Positions 10,061 to 18,944 of a stretch of 35,405 nucleotides of DNA are shown in pieces. A program made the translations under genes and the position numbers. The notes beneath the pieces were generated by a model, which had not been told where the DNA came from, ran no database searches, and saw nothing but the letters and a program-made list of their open reading frames with translations. Each line of letters starts with the position of its first letter. Within the stretch, counting starts at the first letter, position 1. Origin of the DNA: Patescibacteria group bacterium (GTDB lineage Bacteria; Patescibacteriota; Minisyncoccia; Phycocordibacterales; Zambryskibacteraceae); assembly GCA_038061835.1 (NCBI GenBank), contig JBBTYJ010000017.1, positions 12,442-47,846 on the forward strand, given 5' to 3'.

Positions 10061-10999
10061 TTAATAGGTCTTTTCTACCACAAGTCGACCAAATTGATCT
10101 AATAGAGAGACAGTCTCATATTTGTTTGCCCACATTTCCCAACCTTTGCCGAGAAAGATTCGCCATGTGCGATCGGCAAAATCTTTGTCACCAACATGAT
10201 AGGCAATGCAGGAGCCGTAATTAAAACGATTCTTTATAAAGGCGACGCAGGAACTCGAGAGCGGTTTGTCGTCGACACAATTGGAGCAAATACCCCCATC
10301 CTTATCTAAGGTATTAAACTTTGGCGTGTAACAGGACGCCAAACGTTCAATAAATTTTCGACATTCTGTGTCGAGATTGTTTACCCCCGATTCATTTGCC
10401 GGTCTGGGACAGTTGCGCGTAAGCGACGGAGTGAAAGTATATTCGGGTAGATCTTCCAAATAGCCGGAACAAATATTTTCTTTGAAACTCACAATCTTGT
10501 ATGGTGACTGTGAGCCGACCGAACCGGTCGTGATAACGGCGGTTTCGCCAGGCTTGAGCACTATATTTTGTAGTGTGTTGAGACTGTTAGGAGAGATAAA
10601 GAGCGCTGCCTGTCCGATAATTGCAATATCTGAAGGGAAATATCGCAGAGTTCCGCCAAAATCGTATGCGCGCTTACTTTTACTATTTTTTAGTTGCCAG
10701 TTGGTAATACTAATGGGTTCTCTACTTTTATTATATATAGAAATGTATTCCTCGTATGGTTGATAGGCAGATCTCGCATTGCCTGTATTCAGAGAGATAG
10801 ATTTTGCGTAGGATGAGTTGTTTACGGCAAGATTTTCTGTTTTGGAACTTGTGTTTCCAGTAGCGGAATCAGATGTATTGGACGGTTTGGCTGTTGAGTT
10901 AGGAGTTCCTTTAAACGTAGCCAACATAATAACAGCAATAATAGCTAGAATCGCGATACCTTCGGCAGTGCTATTGCCCGCTTTGAGCGATTTATTCAT
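10061..10999 (-). CDS. Membrane-anchored extracellular protein, lamin-tail-domain-like, Cys-rich
   Basis: N-terminal TM; EEYISIYN...ISITNWQL and a C-terminal W...ETVSLLDQFG pattern. Confidence 0.6.
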   Translation of the reverse strand: MNKSLKAGNSTAEGIAILAIIAVIMLATFKGTPNSTAKPSNTSDSATGNTSSKTENLAVNNSSYAKSISLNTGNARSAYQPYEEYISIYNKSREPISITNWQLKNSKSKRAYDFGGTLRYFPSDIAIIGQAALFISPNSLNTLQNIVLKPGETAVITTGSVGSQSPYKIVSFKENICSGYLEDLPEYTFTPSLTRNCPRPANESGVNNLDTECRKFIERLASCYTPKFNTLDKDGGICSNCVDDKPLSSSCVAFIKNRFNYGSCIAYHVGDKDFADRTWRIFLGKGWEMWANKYETVSLLDQFGRLVVEKTY

Positions 11000-11065
11000 A
11001 AGTTCATCTTAATACGTCTGCTCTTCAACGCCAAGCATGACAGGCAGGCGTGTTAGAATAGCCCC

Positions 11066-12718
11066 ATGCAACATTTCCCAGAACTATTTGAAGCCATGCT
11101 TAGGGAACGTGGCATCACTCCTGAAGAACAAGAGGGTTTTCTAAATCCCGATTATGAGAAACTTCATAATCCGCTCGCATTACCCGATATGGAGAAGGCT
11201 CGCGACAGAGTAATTAAGGCGGTAAAAGACAATGAACATGTTGTTGTCTTTTCCGATTATGACTGCGATGGTTTACCGGGAGCAGTAGTACTTTCTGATT
11301 TTTTTGCCCGGATAGGGTACAACAATATTTCCTTCTATGTTCCGCATAGGCATGATGAAGGTTTTGGTCTCAATCAAGATGCTATAAAAGAAATTATCAC
11401 ACGCGGCACAAAACTCCTTATCACAATTGACTGTGGTATTGCAGATGCGAAAGAAGTAGCGCTTGCCAATGAAAATGGTGTCGATGTCATTGTCACCGAT
11501 CATCACAAACCCAATCCTCTGTCAGCGGGCGGACTGCCGAATGCTTACGCTATTGTTAATCAAAACAGAGATGACTCGGATTACCCGTTCAAAGGACTCT
11601 GCGGGGCGGCATTAGCATTCAAATTGGTACAGGCCGTTGTTTTACAAGAGACATTCGGCGTTAAGCCCGGTATGGAGAAATGGTCTCTGGATATGGTAGC
11701 CATTGCTACCCTGTCGGATATGGTGCCTCTTCTTGATGAGAATAGAATTTTTGCGCGCTTCGGACTCTCGGTATTGCGCAAGTCTCCCAGACCGGGACTT
11801 GCCGCACTTTTCAAAAAAATGAATCTTGATCAAAGTACCGTCTCAGAAGACGATGTTACTTTTATGATTACTCCGCGTATTAACGCCGCTTCACGCATGG
11901 GCGTGCCGAAGGATGCCTTCCAACTTTTAAGTACAAAAGATTACAGTGAAGCCGAAAGGCTCGCTCTCTACTTGGAACAAATAAACAATGAGAGAAAGGG
12001 CGTGGTGGCAAGTATTGTGAAGGAAGCAAAATTTCGGCTCGCAGGTCGAGAAGATTTGCCCGATGTTATTGTTATTGGCAATCCAGAGTGGCGCCCGGCT
12101 CTTCTTGGCCTGGTCGCCAATTCACTTGTTGAAGAATACGAAAGACCGGTTTTTATTTGGGGTAGAAGCGGAGATGGAACGCTTAAGGGATCTTGTCGTT
12201 CGTACAATGGTTATGATCTTTTTGCTTTGATGAATATTGCGAGTGGCGCGTTTATAGAATTCGGTGGACACACTGGGGCTGGCGGATTTTCCGTTACTCT
12301 CGAAAGTCTCACTACTCTCGAAGAGAAATTATCTCAGGCCTTATCGAACCTGGAGGCGGGGTCTTCAAGTGGCGATCTCTCTTTATTTGACATAAACTTG
12401 GATGATATTGGGGAAAATCTCTGGAATTTGGTCTCAAGTTTTGCGCCATTCGGTATGGGGAACAAGAAGCCGATTTTTAAAATTCCCAAAGCAGAAATAA
12501 AGTCAGTCAGAAAATTTGGTAAAGAAAGCAATCATCTCGAAGTTACATTTAACAGTGGAAAGAATGAAATCAAGGCCATTTCTTTTTTCTCGAGCCCGGA
12601 TTCTTATCCTACCCCTCTTACTCCCGGTACACGTGTCTCTCTACTTGCTAATCTCGAAAAATCATATTTCAGAAATTATCCAGAGTTACGCTTAAGGATT
12701 GTTGATATAGAACCATAA
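11066..12718 (+). CDS. recJ: ssDNA-specific exonuclease RecJ
   Basis: DYDCDG, TIDCG, TDHH, PRINAASR, GGH, APFGMGN motifs. Confidence 0.96.
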   Translation: MQHFPELFEAMLRERGITPEEQEGFLNPDYEKLHNPLALPDMEKARDRVIKAVKDNEHVVVFSDYDCDGLPGAVVLSDFFARIGYNNISFYVPHRHDEGFGLNQDAIKEIITRGTKLLITIDCGIADAKEVALANENGVDVIVTDHHKPNPLSAGGLPNAYAIVNQNRDDSDYPFKGLCGAALAFKLVQAVVLQETFGVKPGMEKWSLDMVAIATLSDMVPLLDENRIFARFGLSVLRKSPRPGLAALFKKMNLDQSTVSEDDVTFMITPRINAASRMGVPKDAFQLLSTKDYSEAERLALYLEQINNERKGVVASIVKEAKFRLAGREDLPDVIVIGNPEWRPALLGLVANSLVEEYERPVFIWGRSGDGTLKGSCRSYNGYDLFALMNIASGAFIEFGGHTGAGGFSVTLESLTTLEEKLSQALSNLEAGSSSGDLSLFDINLDDIGENLWNLVSSFAPFGMGNKKPIFKIPKAEIKSVRKFGKESNHLEVTFNSGKNEIKAISFFSSPDSYPTPLTPGTRVSLLANLEKSYFRNYPELRLRIVDIEP

Positions 12719-12831
12719 ATCAGGATAAAGTCATCCATACTGCATGTGGATATCATTAAAAATACCAGAAATGAATTATGTTAGAATAAGGGGGAGGATT
12801 TTTTAATTTATATAAACTTAAAAGTATTATT

Positions 12832-13191
12832 ATGAATTTGCCACTTTGGTACAAAATTGTCTCTATAATTTTCTTGATCTTGCTTTTACCCTCTCTTTTA
12901 TTAATGGCCATGACCATAACAGGTTTTGTTGAGGGAGATAGCACAATTTTTACCATAGGAATACTGCCTTCATTTGTGGGCATTCTTTACGAAATAATGA
13001 TTATCCTAACTGCACTTTTCAAAAAATCGTGGAAATTCTTTTTGTTGACCCAAAGTGTGTTTTTGATTGCATGGCTATTTCTTTGGTTACTTTTGGATGG
13101 TAGAAATAAACTTATGGGTGTTGGTTTGGTAGTCATCCTGTCTTTGATAACCATTGTATTTAATAAAAAATTACTTGGAAGCAATTCGTAA
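12832..13191 (+). CDS. Four-TM membrane protein (cargo between recJ 3'-end duplicates)
   Basis: 119 aa, very hydrophobic, AT-rich. Confidence 0.7.
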   Translation: MNLPLWYKIVSIIFLILLLPSLLLMAMTITGFVEGDSTIFTIGILPSFVGILYEIMIILTALFKKSWKFFLLTQSVFLIAWLFLWLLLDGRNKLMGVGLVVILSLITIVFNKKLLGSNS

Positions 13192-13210
13192 TAAAAGATT
13201 AAGAGGAATG

Positions 13211-13280
13211 TAATCTAGAAAAATTCTATTTCAGAAATTATCCAGAGTTACGCTTAAGAATTGTTGGCATAGAGCCTTAG
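13211..13280 (+). repeat. Orphan duplicate of the recJ 3' end (copy of 12649-12718)
   Basis: 61/70 identical with a 32-bp exact core; encodes NLEKFYFRNYPELRLRIVGIEP*. Confidence 0.92.
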
Positions 13281-13407
13281 ATGTCAGACACTATTTATGA
13301 GGTAGACAACAACAAATACTGTGTGTTGGCTATGTTTTTGAAAAAGTGTATAGTGGGGCAAGATTGCTCAAATTGTTCAGCCTATGCTTAATTAGGAGGA
13401 TCGAAAT

Positions 13408-13608
13408 ATGTTAGGTTTATTCATTCTTATCGGTAGATTGCTCGTTGGTCAGACGATAGAGGTGAAAATCACAATCGATAAAAGTCCAGATTTATCAAAC
13501 AAAACATGGAGGTGGTCTCAGCTTAATGGTTTCGGTACGGAAGAGCATTTCGAGGGTAAGGGAACCAGCCCGTACCACAAGTTTCTTGGATACTGGCGCC
13601 ATCGTTAG
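13408..13608 (+). CDS. Small hypothetical protein, 66 aa
   Basis: AGGAGG SD 8 nt upstream, hydrophobic N-terminus, followed by a terminator hairpin. Confidence 0.5.
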   Translation: MLGLFILIGRLLVGQTIEVKITIDKSPDLSNKTWRWSQLNGFGTEEHFEGKGTSPYHKFLGYWRHR

Positions 13609-13638
13609 AATTGGGAGGTGTGCGAATGAAAGGTCAGC

Positions 13639-13668
13639 AAACCCCATCTACAAAATAGATGGGGTTTT
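13639..13668 (+). terminator. Intrinsic terminator
   Basis: AAACCCCATCTA-caaaa-TAGATGGGGTTTT. Confidence 0.7.
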
Positions 13669-13737
13669 ACAAAAATATATAAGAATAATTCTCGAAGATA
13701 GTAAACTGTGGAAAATTATAAATGATATAATTCCAAA

Positions 13738-14232
13738 ATGATTACGATCTATACAGACGGAGCGTCGCGAGGGAATCCGGGACCGGGAGGGTGGGGCGCA
13801 ATCATTTTAAATGACGATAGGGTCGTAGAAATTGGAGGACGAGAAAACCACACGACAAACAATAGAATGGAACTGACGGGAGCTATCAAAGCCTTGGAGT
13901 TTGTCCCGGTATCATTTGCCGATGATTGTGTGCTTTTTACTGATTCTGAATATGTGATGAAGGGTATAACGGCATGGATACACCGGTGGCAGAAGAAAGG
14001 TTGGAAGACCGCGAATAAAAAACCGGTCTTAAACCAGGATTTGTGGCAAGAACTTCTGAATGTGACCAAAAATGTGGAAAAACACCTGCCTGCCGGTAGG
14101 CAGGTTGAATGGAAATATGTGGCTGGACATTCCGGTAATCGTTTGAATGACAGATGTGATGAAATCGCCACCAATTTTGCGGATAATATTCCACTCGTTC
14201 TCTATAATGGATCAAAAGACAAATACAAATAG
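13738..14232 (+). CDS. rnhA: Ribonuclease HI
   Basis: IYTDGASRGNPGPGGWG, TTNNRMEL, TDSEYV, GHSG..NDRCD. Confidence 0.96.
   Translation: MITIYTDGASRGNPGPGGWGAIILNDDRVVEIGGRENHTTNNRMELTGAIKALEFVPVSFADDCVLFTDSEYVMKGITAWIHRWQKKGWKTANKKPVLNQDLWQELLNVTKNVEKHLPAGRQVEWKYVAGHSGNRLNDRCDEIATNFADNIPLVLYNGSKDKYK
14084..14105. repeat. Small palindromic element inside rnhA (encodes LPAGRQ)
   Basis: ACCTGCCT-GCCGGT-AGGCAGGT. Confidence 0.7.
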
Positions 14233-15637
14233 CATATTCATTTTTATTTTCGGTTTTATTCTGGGCATTTTGTTTTCTTCTTTTGTTTTTATTGCACCAT
14301 TGGTGAGTGTTTTGGTAGTCGTTATTAGCATGGCTCTATTCATTGTAGAGAAAATTTGGAGTAAAGAAATAAACAAGGAAGTTTTGTTTCTTGCTCTTGC
14401 GCTCTTGTCATTTGGTTTAGGCGCTCTACGTTATTCTGTGAAAGATTTTCATGAGGCATCCATCCCATTGTCGATCGGTGTTGTAATCAGTGAACCGGAA
14501 CAGAAAGAAAGCGTCACTCGCTTTGTTTTTCAAGCAAATAATGGAGAAAAAGTTTTGGTAAGCACTGATTTGTATAATCCTGTTCAATATGGAGATAAGG
14601 TTGAAATTAAGGGGAAACTTCAAAAGCCGGGTGTTATAGATGACGGCGCGAGCCGACCGTTTGATTATGGCAAATATCTTTCCAAGGATAATATTTATTT
14701 CACTATGAGTTTCGCCAAAGTTGAAATACTTTCGCATGGTCATGGCAATTTTCTCAAACAAGCGCTTTTTAAAATAAAAGGGAATTTTATCGGGAAAACC
14801 AAAGAAATCTTGGCAGAACCGTATGCCGGTCTTCTCTCCGGACTCATTATTGCCGGTAAGGAAGCAATGCCGAAAGATATTCTTGAGGAATTCAAACGCG
14901 CCGGAGTGATACATATCGTAGTGCTTTCTGGTTACAATATTACAATCATTGCCGAGTTTATGAAAACGATATTTAGAAGCATAAAGTTTTCCGTTGTCGG
15001 TATTATCTTGTTTGTCATCATGACAGGGGGCGAGGCCACGGTGGTTCGCGCGGCGCTTATGGTTCTGACTGTCATTCTAGCGAAAGGGTTAGGAAGAAAT
15101 TTCTCGGCGCCACGGGCGCTGCTTGTCGTCGCTTTCCTGATGCTTCTTCATAATCCTAAAATTTTGGTATTCGATCCATCCTTTCAGCTTTCTTTTCTTG
15201 CCACTTGCGGACTTATATTTGTCACTCCGATAGTTGAAAGGTATTTGACTCGAGTACCGGATAAGTGGGGATTGCGCGCCATAATTTCTGTTACCCTCGC
15301 GACTCAAATTACGGTCCTACCCTTTCTTATTTATTCCACTGGTAATATCTCTCTAGTTTCTCTCCCGGCCAATATTCTTATTCTGCTTTTTATCCCCTAT
15401 ACGATGCTTATAGGTTTTATCGCTGTTCTAGTCGCCCATCTTTCGTTAGTCATTGCTCTGCCATTCTCGTATATAGCTCATATTCTTCTCGCTTGGATTC
15501 TCGGCGTTTCGCACTCTTTAGGGAATCTTTCTTTTGCATCTATCGCTGTTTCATCCCCCTCACCCTTATTGGTTGTGATAATTTATCTCGTCATTATTAC
15601 TTTTGTATGGCGTTCGCAACCCCGAAGGACAGCATAG
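14207..15637 (+). CDS. comEC: ComEC competence channel, N-terminal part (DUF4131/OB + competence domain)
   Basis: FDYGKYL, GVIHIVVLSGYNI, VVRAALM, DPSFQLSFLAT; many TMs; start placed at ATG 14207. Confidence 0.9.
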   Translation: MDQKTNTNSIFIFIFGFILGILFSSFVFIAPLVSVLVVVISMALFIVEKIWSKEINKEVLFLALALLSFGLGALRYSVKDFHEASIPLSIGVVISEPEQKESVTRFVFQANNGEKVLVSTDLYNPVQYGDKVEIKGKLQKPGVIDDGASRPFDYGKYLSKDNIYFTMSFAKVEILSHGHGNFLKQALFKIKGNFIGKTKEILAEPYAGLLSGLIIAGKEAMPKDILEEFKRAGVIHIVVLSGYNITIIAEFMKTIFRSIKFSVVGIILFVIMTGGEATVVRAALMVLTVILAKGLGRNFSAPRALLVVAFLMLLHNPKILVFDPSFQLSFLATCGLIFVTPIVERYLTRVPDKWGLRAIISVTLATQITVLPFLIYSTGNISLVSLPANILILLFIPYTMLIGFIAVLVAHLSLVIALPFSYIAHILLAWILGVSHSLGNLSFASIAVSSPSPLLVVIIYLVIITFVWRSQPRRTA

Positions 15638-15662
15638 CTGTCTACGGGGCAAGAATTCTTTT

Positions 15663-16193
15663 TTACTGTTGTGCTTTTGTAAAATTTTGTTCGACGTTGC
15701 TCCAATTTAAGTTTTCGAAAAAAGCTTCAATATAATTCTTTTTTTCTGCTGGCGTGTAGTCAATAAAATATGCATGTTCCCACATATCGAGCGCTAGAAT
15801 TGGGGAAAGACCAACAAGCTGTCCGAGATGGTGCTCGTCAACCCAACTATGTAGAAGCTGTTTGGAAATCGGGTCGTAATACACAATCGCCCAGCCTACT
15901 CCGCGTGTTAGGGCCAATACTTTAAATTTTTCTAAGTCAAATCCAGATTTGGTAAATCCGCTATCGTTTGAGAGTGGTTGTGGACCACCTTCGAAATGTG
16001 AGAAATAGTATTCATGGTTTCTCATACCATTGAACTCGAATGGGAATCGGCGATTATAATCTTTCTCAGCCAATAAATCGTTCGTATTTTTGACATAACC
16101 TGCATAAAGTTTGAGGTGTTCTGAAATGGCTTTTTCCGAGATACCTTTGAGTTTCGGAATATTAAATTTTTTCTCTTCGAAATTTTTTATCAT
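15663..16193 (-). CDS. Fe/Mn superoxide dismutase family protein (short)
   Basis: EHLKLYAGYV, NHEYYF, DMWEHAYFIDY motifs. Confidence 0.88.
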   Translation of the reverse strand: MIKNFEEKKFNIPKLKGISEKAISEHLKLYAGYVKNTNDLLAEKDYNRRFPFEFNGMRNHEYYFSHFEGGPQPLSNDSGFTKSGFDLEKFKVLALTRGVGWAIVYYDPISKQLLHSWVDEHHLGQLVGLSPILALDMWEHAYFIDYTPAEKKNYIEAFFENLNWSNVEQNFTKAQQ

Positions 16194-16221
16194 AATAACA
16201 TTATACTATAGTTATACACCG

Positions 16222-17079
16222 ATGAGTTTTATAATAAAATATCCTAGAGCAGTGGTGGTTGGCGTTCTTATTCTTTTTAATCTTCTTGTTTGGGCGGCAA
16301 TTTATCAGAGACAACCAAGTGATATTTTGACTGTTTATTTTCTTGATATAGGCCAGGGCGATGCTATTTTTATAGATTCTCCCGGGCATGGTAGAGCTCT
16401 TATTGATGGCGGAGCTAATAGAAAGATTTTGAGTGAACTTGGGAAGATTTTACCATTTGCCGATAAACGTATAGATGTAATGATAGAAACTCATCCCGAC
16501 AAGGATCATATTGGCGGATTACCGGAAGTGGCAAGTCGTTATGAAATCGGAATGTTTCTCGAACCAGGAGTAGAATCAGACAACAACATTGATGATGAAT
16601 TAAAAAAAAGAATAGTAGAGACTAATGTTCCAAGTTTATTGGCAAGAAGAGGAATGGTCATTAATTTTGGCGATGGGGTGAAATTTCAAATACTTTTTCC
16701 AAACCAAGATGTTTCAAGATGGGAAACAAACGATGCTTCTATTGTGGCGAGATTGGTTTATGGAAACAAATCCTTACTTTTGACCGGTGATTCTCCTATT
16801 AAGACGGAAAATATTTTACTAAAACTTGATTCTATCAGTTTGGATTCCGATGTGCTTAAGGCCGGACACCATGGTTCGCGCACTTCCACTTCTCTCGCAT
16901 ACGCGCAGACGGTTTCTCCGGAATATGCTGTAATCTCTGCTGGTAAAAATAATTCCTACGGTCATCCGCACCAGGAAGTGCTCAACATTTTGGCAAGTGT
17001 TGGTGCTAAGATTGTTAGCACCGTCGAATTGGGGACTATCAAATTTGAAACAGATGGTAAAACTCTAGAACTTAAATAA
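16222..17079 (+). CDS. ComEC/Rec2-type metallo-beta-lactamase-fold protein (stand-alone)
   Basis: FLDIGQGDA, THPDKDHIGG, LTGD, GHHGS, NSYGHPH; N-terminal TM; start ATG 16222. Confidence 0.88.
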   Translation: MSFIIKYPRAVVVGVLILFNLLVWAAIYQRQPSDILTVYFLDIGQGDAIFIDSPGHGRALIDGGANRKILSELGKILPFADKRIDVMIETHPDKDHIGGLPEVASRYEIGMFLEPGVESDNNIDDELKKRIVETNVPSLLARRGMVINFGDGVKFQILFPNQDVSRWETNDASIVARLVYGNKSLLLTGDSPIKTENILLKLDSISLDSDVLKAGHHGSRTSTSLAYAQTVSPEYAVISAGKNNSYGHPHQEVLNILASVGAKIVSTVELGTIKFETDGKTLELK

Positions 17080-17084
17080 TTGTC

Positions 17085-17981
17085 ATGCTAAATCTCAAAA
17101 ATCTACAAAAAAATATTGTACTCGCGCCTTATACTACCTATAAAATAGGCGGAAAGGCAGATTACTTTTTCACGGCTAATAATAAGAGTGATTTGGTCGA
17201 AGCGCTTTCATGTGTCAAGACAGAAAACATACCCTTTTTTGTATTAGGGGGCGGATCAAATATTCTCGTGGGAGATAAAGGATTCAGAGGATTAGTAATA
17301 CACAATCAAGCCCAAAATTTTAAATTTGAAGATAATTTACTGATATCCGAAAGTGGTGCCATCATTTCTGATCTCATTGATATCTCTTTGAAACATTGTC
17401 TTTCTGGTTTAGAACGTTTTGCCGGAATACCCGGCACTGTTGGCGGAGCTATTTATCAAAATATACATTTTTTATCGCCCGATAGGACAAGTACTTTTTA
17501 TATAGAATCAATCGTCAAGAGCGGTTTGGTTTTAGAGGATGGAATAGAAAGGGAAGTGGATAAAAATTATTTCGCATTCGGATACGACGACAGTATTTTA
17601 CACCACAACAAAAACATTTTTGTGTTAGAAATCACTTTCACATTGAAAAATGGAGACCCCGATCTTATTCAATCCTGGATTACCAATAATCTGGAATGGA
17701 GAAAACAAAAACAGGAGAGATTGGAAAAATTTCCCTCCTGCGGTTCAGTGTTTAAGAAAATAAAAGGAATCGGTGCCGGACGTTTGATAGAACAATGTGG
17801 TCTGAAGGGAAAACGAATTGGCGGAGCGCTCATTTCTGAAAAGCATGCAAATTATATTGTGAACACAGGGAATGCAACGGCAAGAGATGTCCGCGAAATG
17901 ATAGCGTTCATTCAAGAAGAAGTTTTCAAAAAGACAGGATATAAACTCGAATCTGAAGTGGGGTTTATTGGGGAATTTTAA
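17085..17981 (+). CDS. murB: UDP-N-acetylenolpyruvoylglucosamine reductase
   Basis: TTYKIGG, LGGGSNIL, GIPGTVGGA, SCGSVFK, SEKHANYIVN, LESEV. Confidence 0.95.
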   Translation: MLNLKNLQKNIVLAPYTTYKIGGKADYFFTANNKSDLVEALSCVKTENIPFFVLGGGSNILVGDKGFRGLVIHNQAQNFKFEDNLLISESGAIISDLIDISLKHCLSGLERFAGIPGTVGGAIYQNIHFLSPDRTSTFYIESIVKSGLVLEDGIEREVDKNYFAFGYDDSILHHNKNIFVLEITFTLKNGDPDLIQSWITNNLEWRKQKQERLEKFPSCGSVFKKIKGIGAGRLIEQCGLKGKRIGGALISEKHANYIVNTGNATARDVREMIAFIQEEVFKKTGYKLESEVGFIGEF

Positions 17982-18011
17982 ATCACTCCGGCTTTTTTGA
18001 GAGTACTGTGG
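17978..18011 (-). repeat. Orphan duplicate of the rpmB 3' end (copy of 19035-19068)
   Basis: 30/34 identical; reads HSTLKKAGVI* versus HSVLKKAGVI*; its stop overlaps the murB stop (TTAA). Confidence 0.88.
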
Positions 18012-18028
18012 ACAATCAAATTTTCTTA

Positions 18029-18064
18029 TACGTTATAATATCACTACCGTGAATGACTAACGTA
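18029..18064. promoter_or_regulatory. 36-bp palindromic site B1; contains TATAAT and ends on the A of the ATG
   Basis: TACGTTA-TAATA-TCACTACCGTGA-ATGAC-TAACGTA. Confidence 0.75.
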
Positions 18065-18630
18065 TGGGCAAGATTGAAGAAAAAAGTCAAAAGAAAGGTA
18101 ATAGAGAACATTTACAGAAACTGATTCTTCAGACAGTAGCAGATGTCGGCATGTTAAGTATTGCACTAGTGGCGCCCAATGTGTCCAGGGCTATGTATAA
18201 ACTTGGGTTAGTTCCCAAATGGAGACAAAATGAATACGTCAATTCTTCTGCTAGCAAGCTAGTTAAACGAGGGCTACTCTTTTATGACGGTAAGAAATAT
18301 TGCATGACTTCTAAGGGGGAAGACCTTCTTTGTCAGTGGCAATTTGCTGATTTTAAACTGGAAAGACCCAAGAAATGGGACAGAAAATGGAGAGTAATTA
18401 TTTTTGATATCCCGGAGAAGAAAAGAAAGATACGGGATCAGGTTAGAACTCTATTTAAATCAGCTGGCTTCTATCTTTTGCAAGACAGTGTCTGGGTTTA
18501 TCCGTATGATTGTGAAGATCTTCTAACTCTTCTTAAGTCTAATCTTGGGGTAGGTAAGAATGTTTTATATCTCATCGTTGATGAAATTGAAAATGATAAA
18601 CATCTCCGCGAATCTTTCAATTTGATCTAA
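18064..18630 (+). CDS. wHTH + PaaX/Cas2-like domain protein (paralogue B)
   Basis: Same 188-aa length and colinear with 8751..9317 (about 125/188 identical by manual count). Confidence 0.8.
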   Translation: MGKIEEKSQKKGNREHLQKLILQTVADVGMLSIALVAPNVSRAMYKLGLVPKWRQNEYVNSSASKLVKRGLLFYDGKKYCMTSKGEDLLCQWQFADFKLERPKKWDRKWRVIIFDIPEKKRKIRDQVRTLFKSAGFYLLQDSVWVYPYDCEDLLTLLKSNLGVGKNVLYLIVDEIENDKHLRESFNLI

Positions 18631-18665
18631 TTGCGCATTCTGTTTAAATTGTATTAATTCTACTC

Positions 18666-18701
18666 TACGTTAATAACTCACGGTCGTGAATTAATAACGT
18701 A
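18666..18701. repeat. 36-bp palindromic site B2
   Basis: TACGTTA-ATAAC-TCACGGTCGTGA-ATTAA-TAACGTA, 35 nt after the stop. Confidence 0.85.
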
Positions 18702-18776
18702 AGTTGGATTTTAAAGAAAATGAAAGCCGCCACACCGAGAGTATCCAGTGTGGCGAACTCTCTTGCACGGCGGCCA

Positions 18777-18944
18777 TCAGTCTTCCGAAGGCTCTTCGAT
18801 GAGTAGTCCGGTAGTCTTATCGACGATGAGAAATCTCCCTTCGTCGTCCACGATACTGTATACTCGTATCTTCGGTAACGGGGACGCAAATGAACCATCA
18901 TCTTCCAGTTCGGGTGGTCTTTGGCCGATCTCATAACTTTCCAT
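18777..18944 (-). CDS. Small acidic protein, 55 aa (not in ORF track)
   Basis: MESYEIGQRPPELEDDGSFASPLPKIRVYSIVDDEGRFLIVDKTTGLLIEEPSED; TAAGGAGGT 7 nt upstream; hairpin 18728-18755 downstream. Confidence 0.65.
   Translation of the reverse strand: MESYEIGQRPPELEDDGSFASPLPKIRVYSIVDDEGRFLIVDKTTGLLIEEPSED

Noticed and set aside
11515-11533. Possible degenerate palindromic insert in recJ (NPLSAGG)
   Set aside because: The stem is too imperfect to call without an orthologue alignment.
13526-13741. 71-aa ORF upstream of rnhA
   Set aside because: It overlaps the SD-led ORF, runs through a terminator hairpin and lacks an RBS.
18665-18936. Track ORFs 18665..18934(-) and 18748..18936(+)
   Set aside because: The SD is positioned for a different frame (18944-18777), which is preferred.
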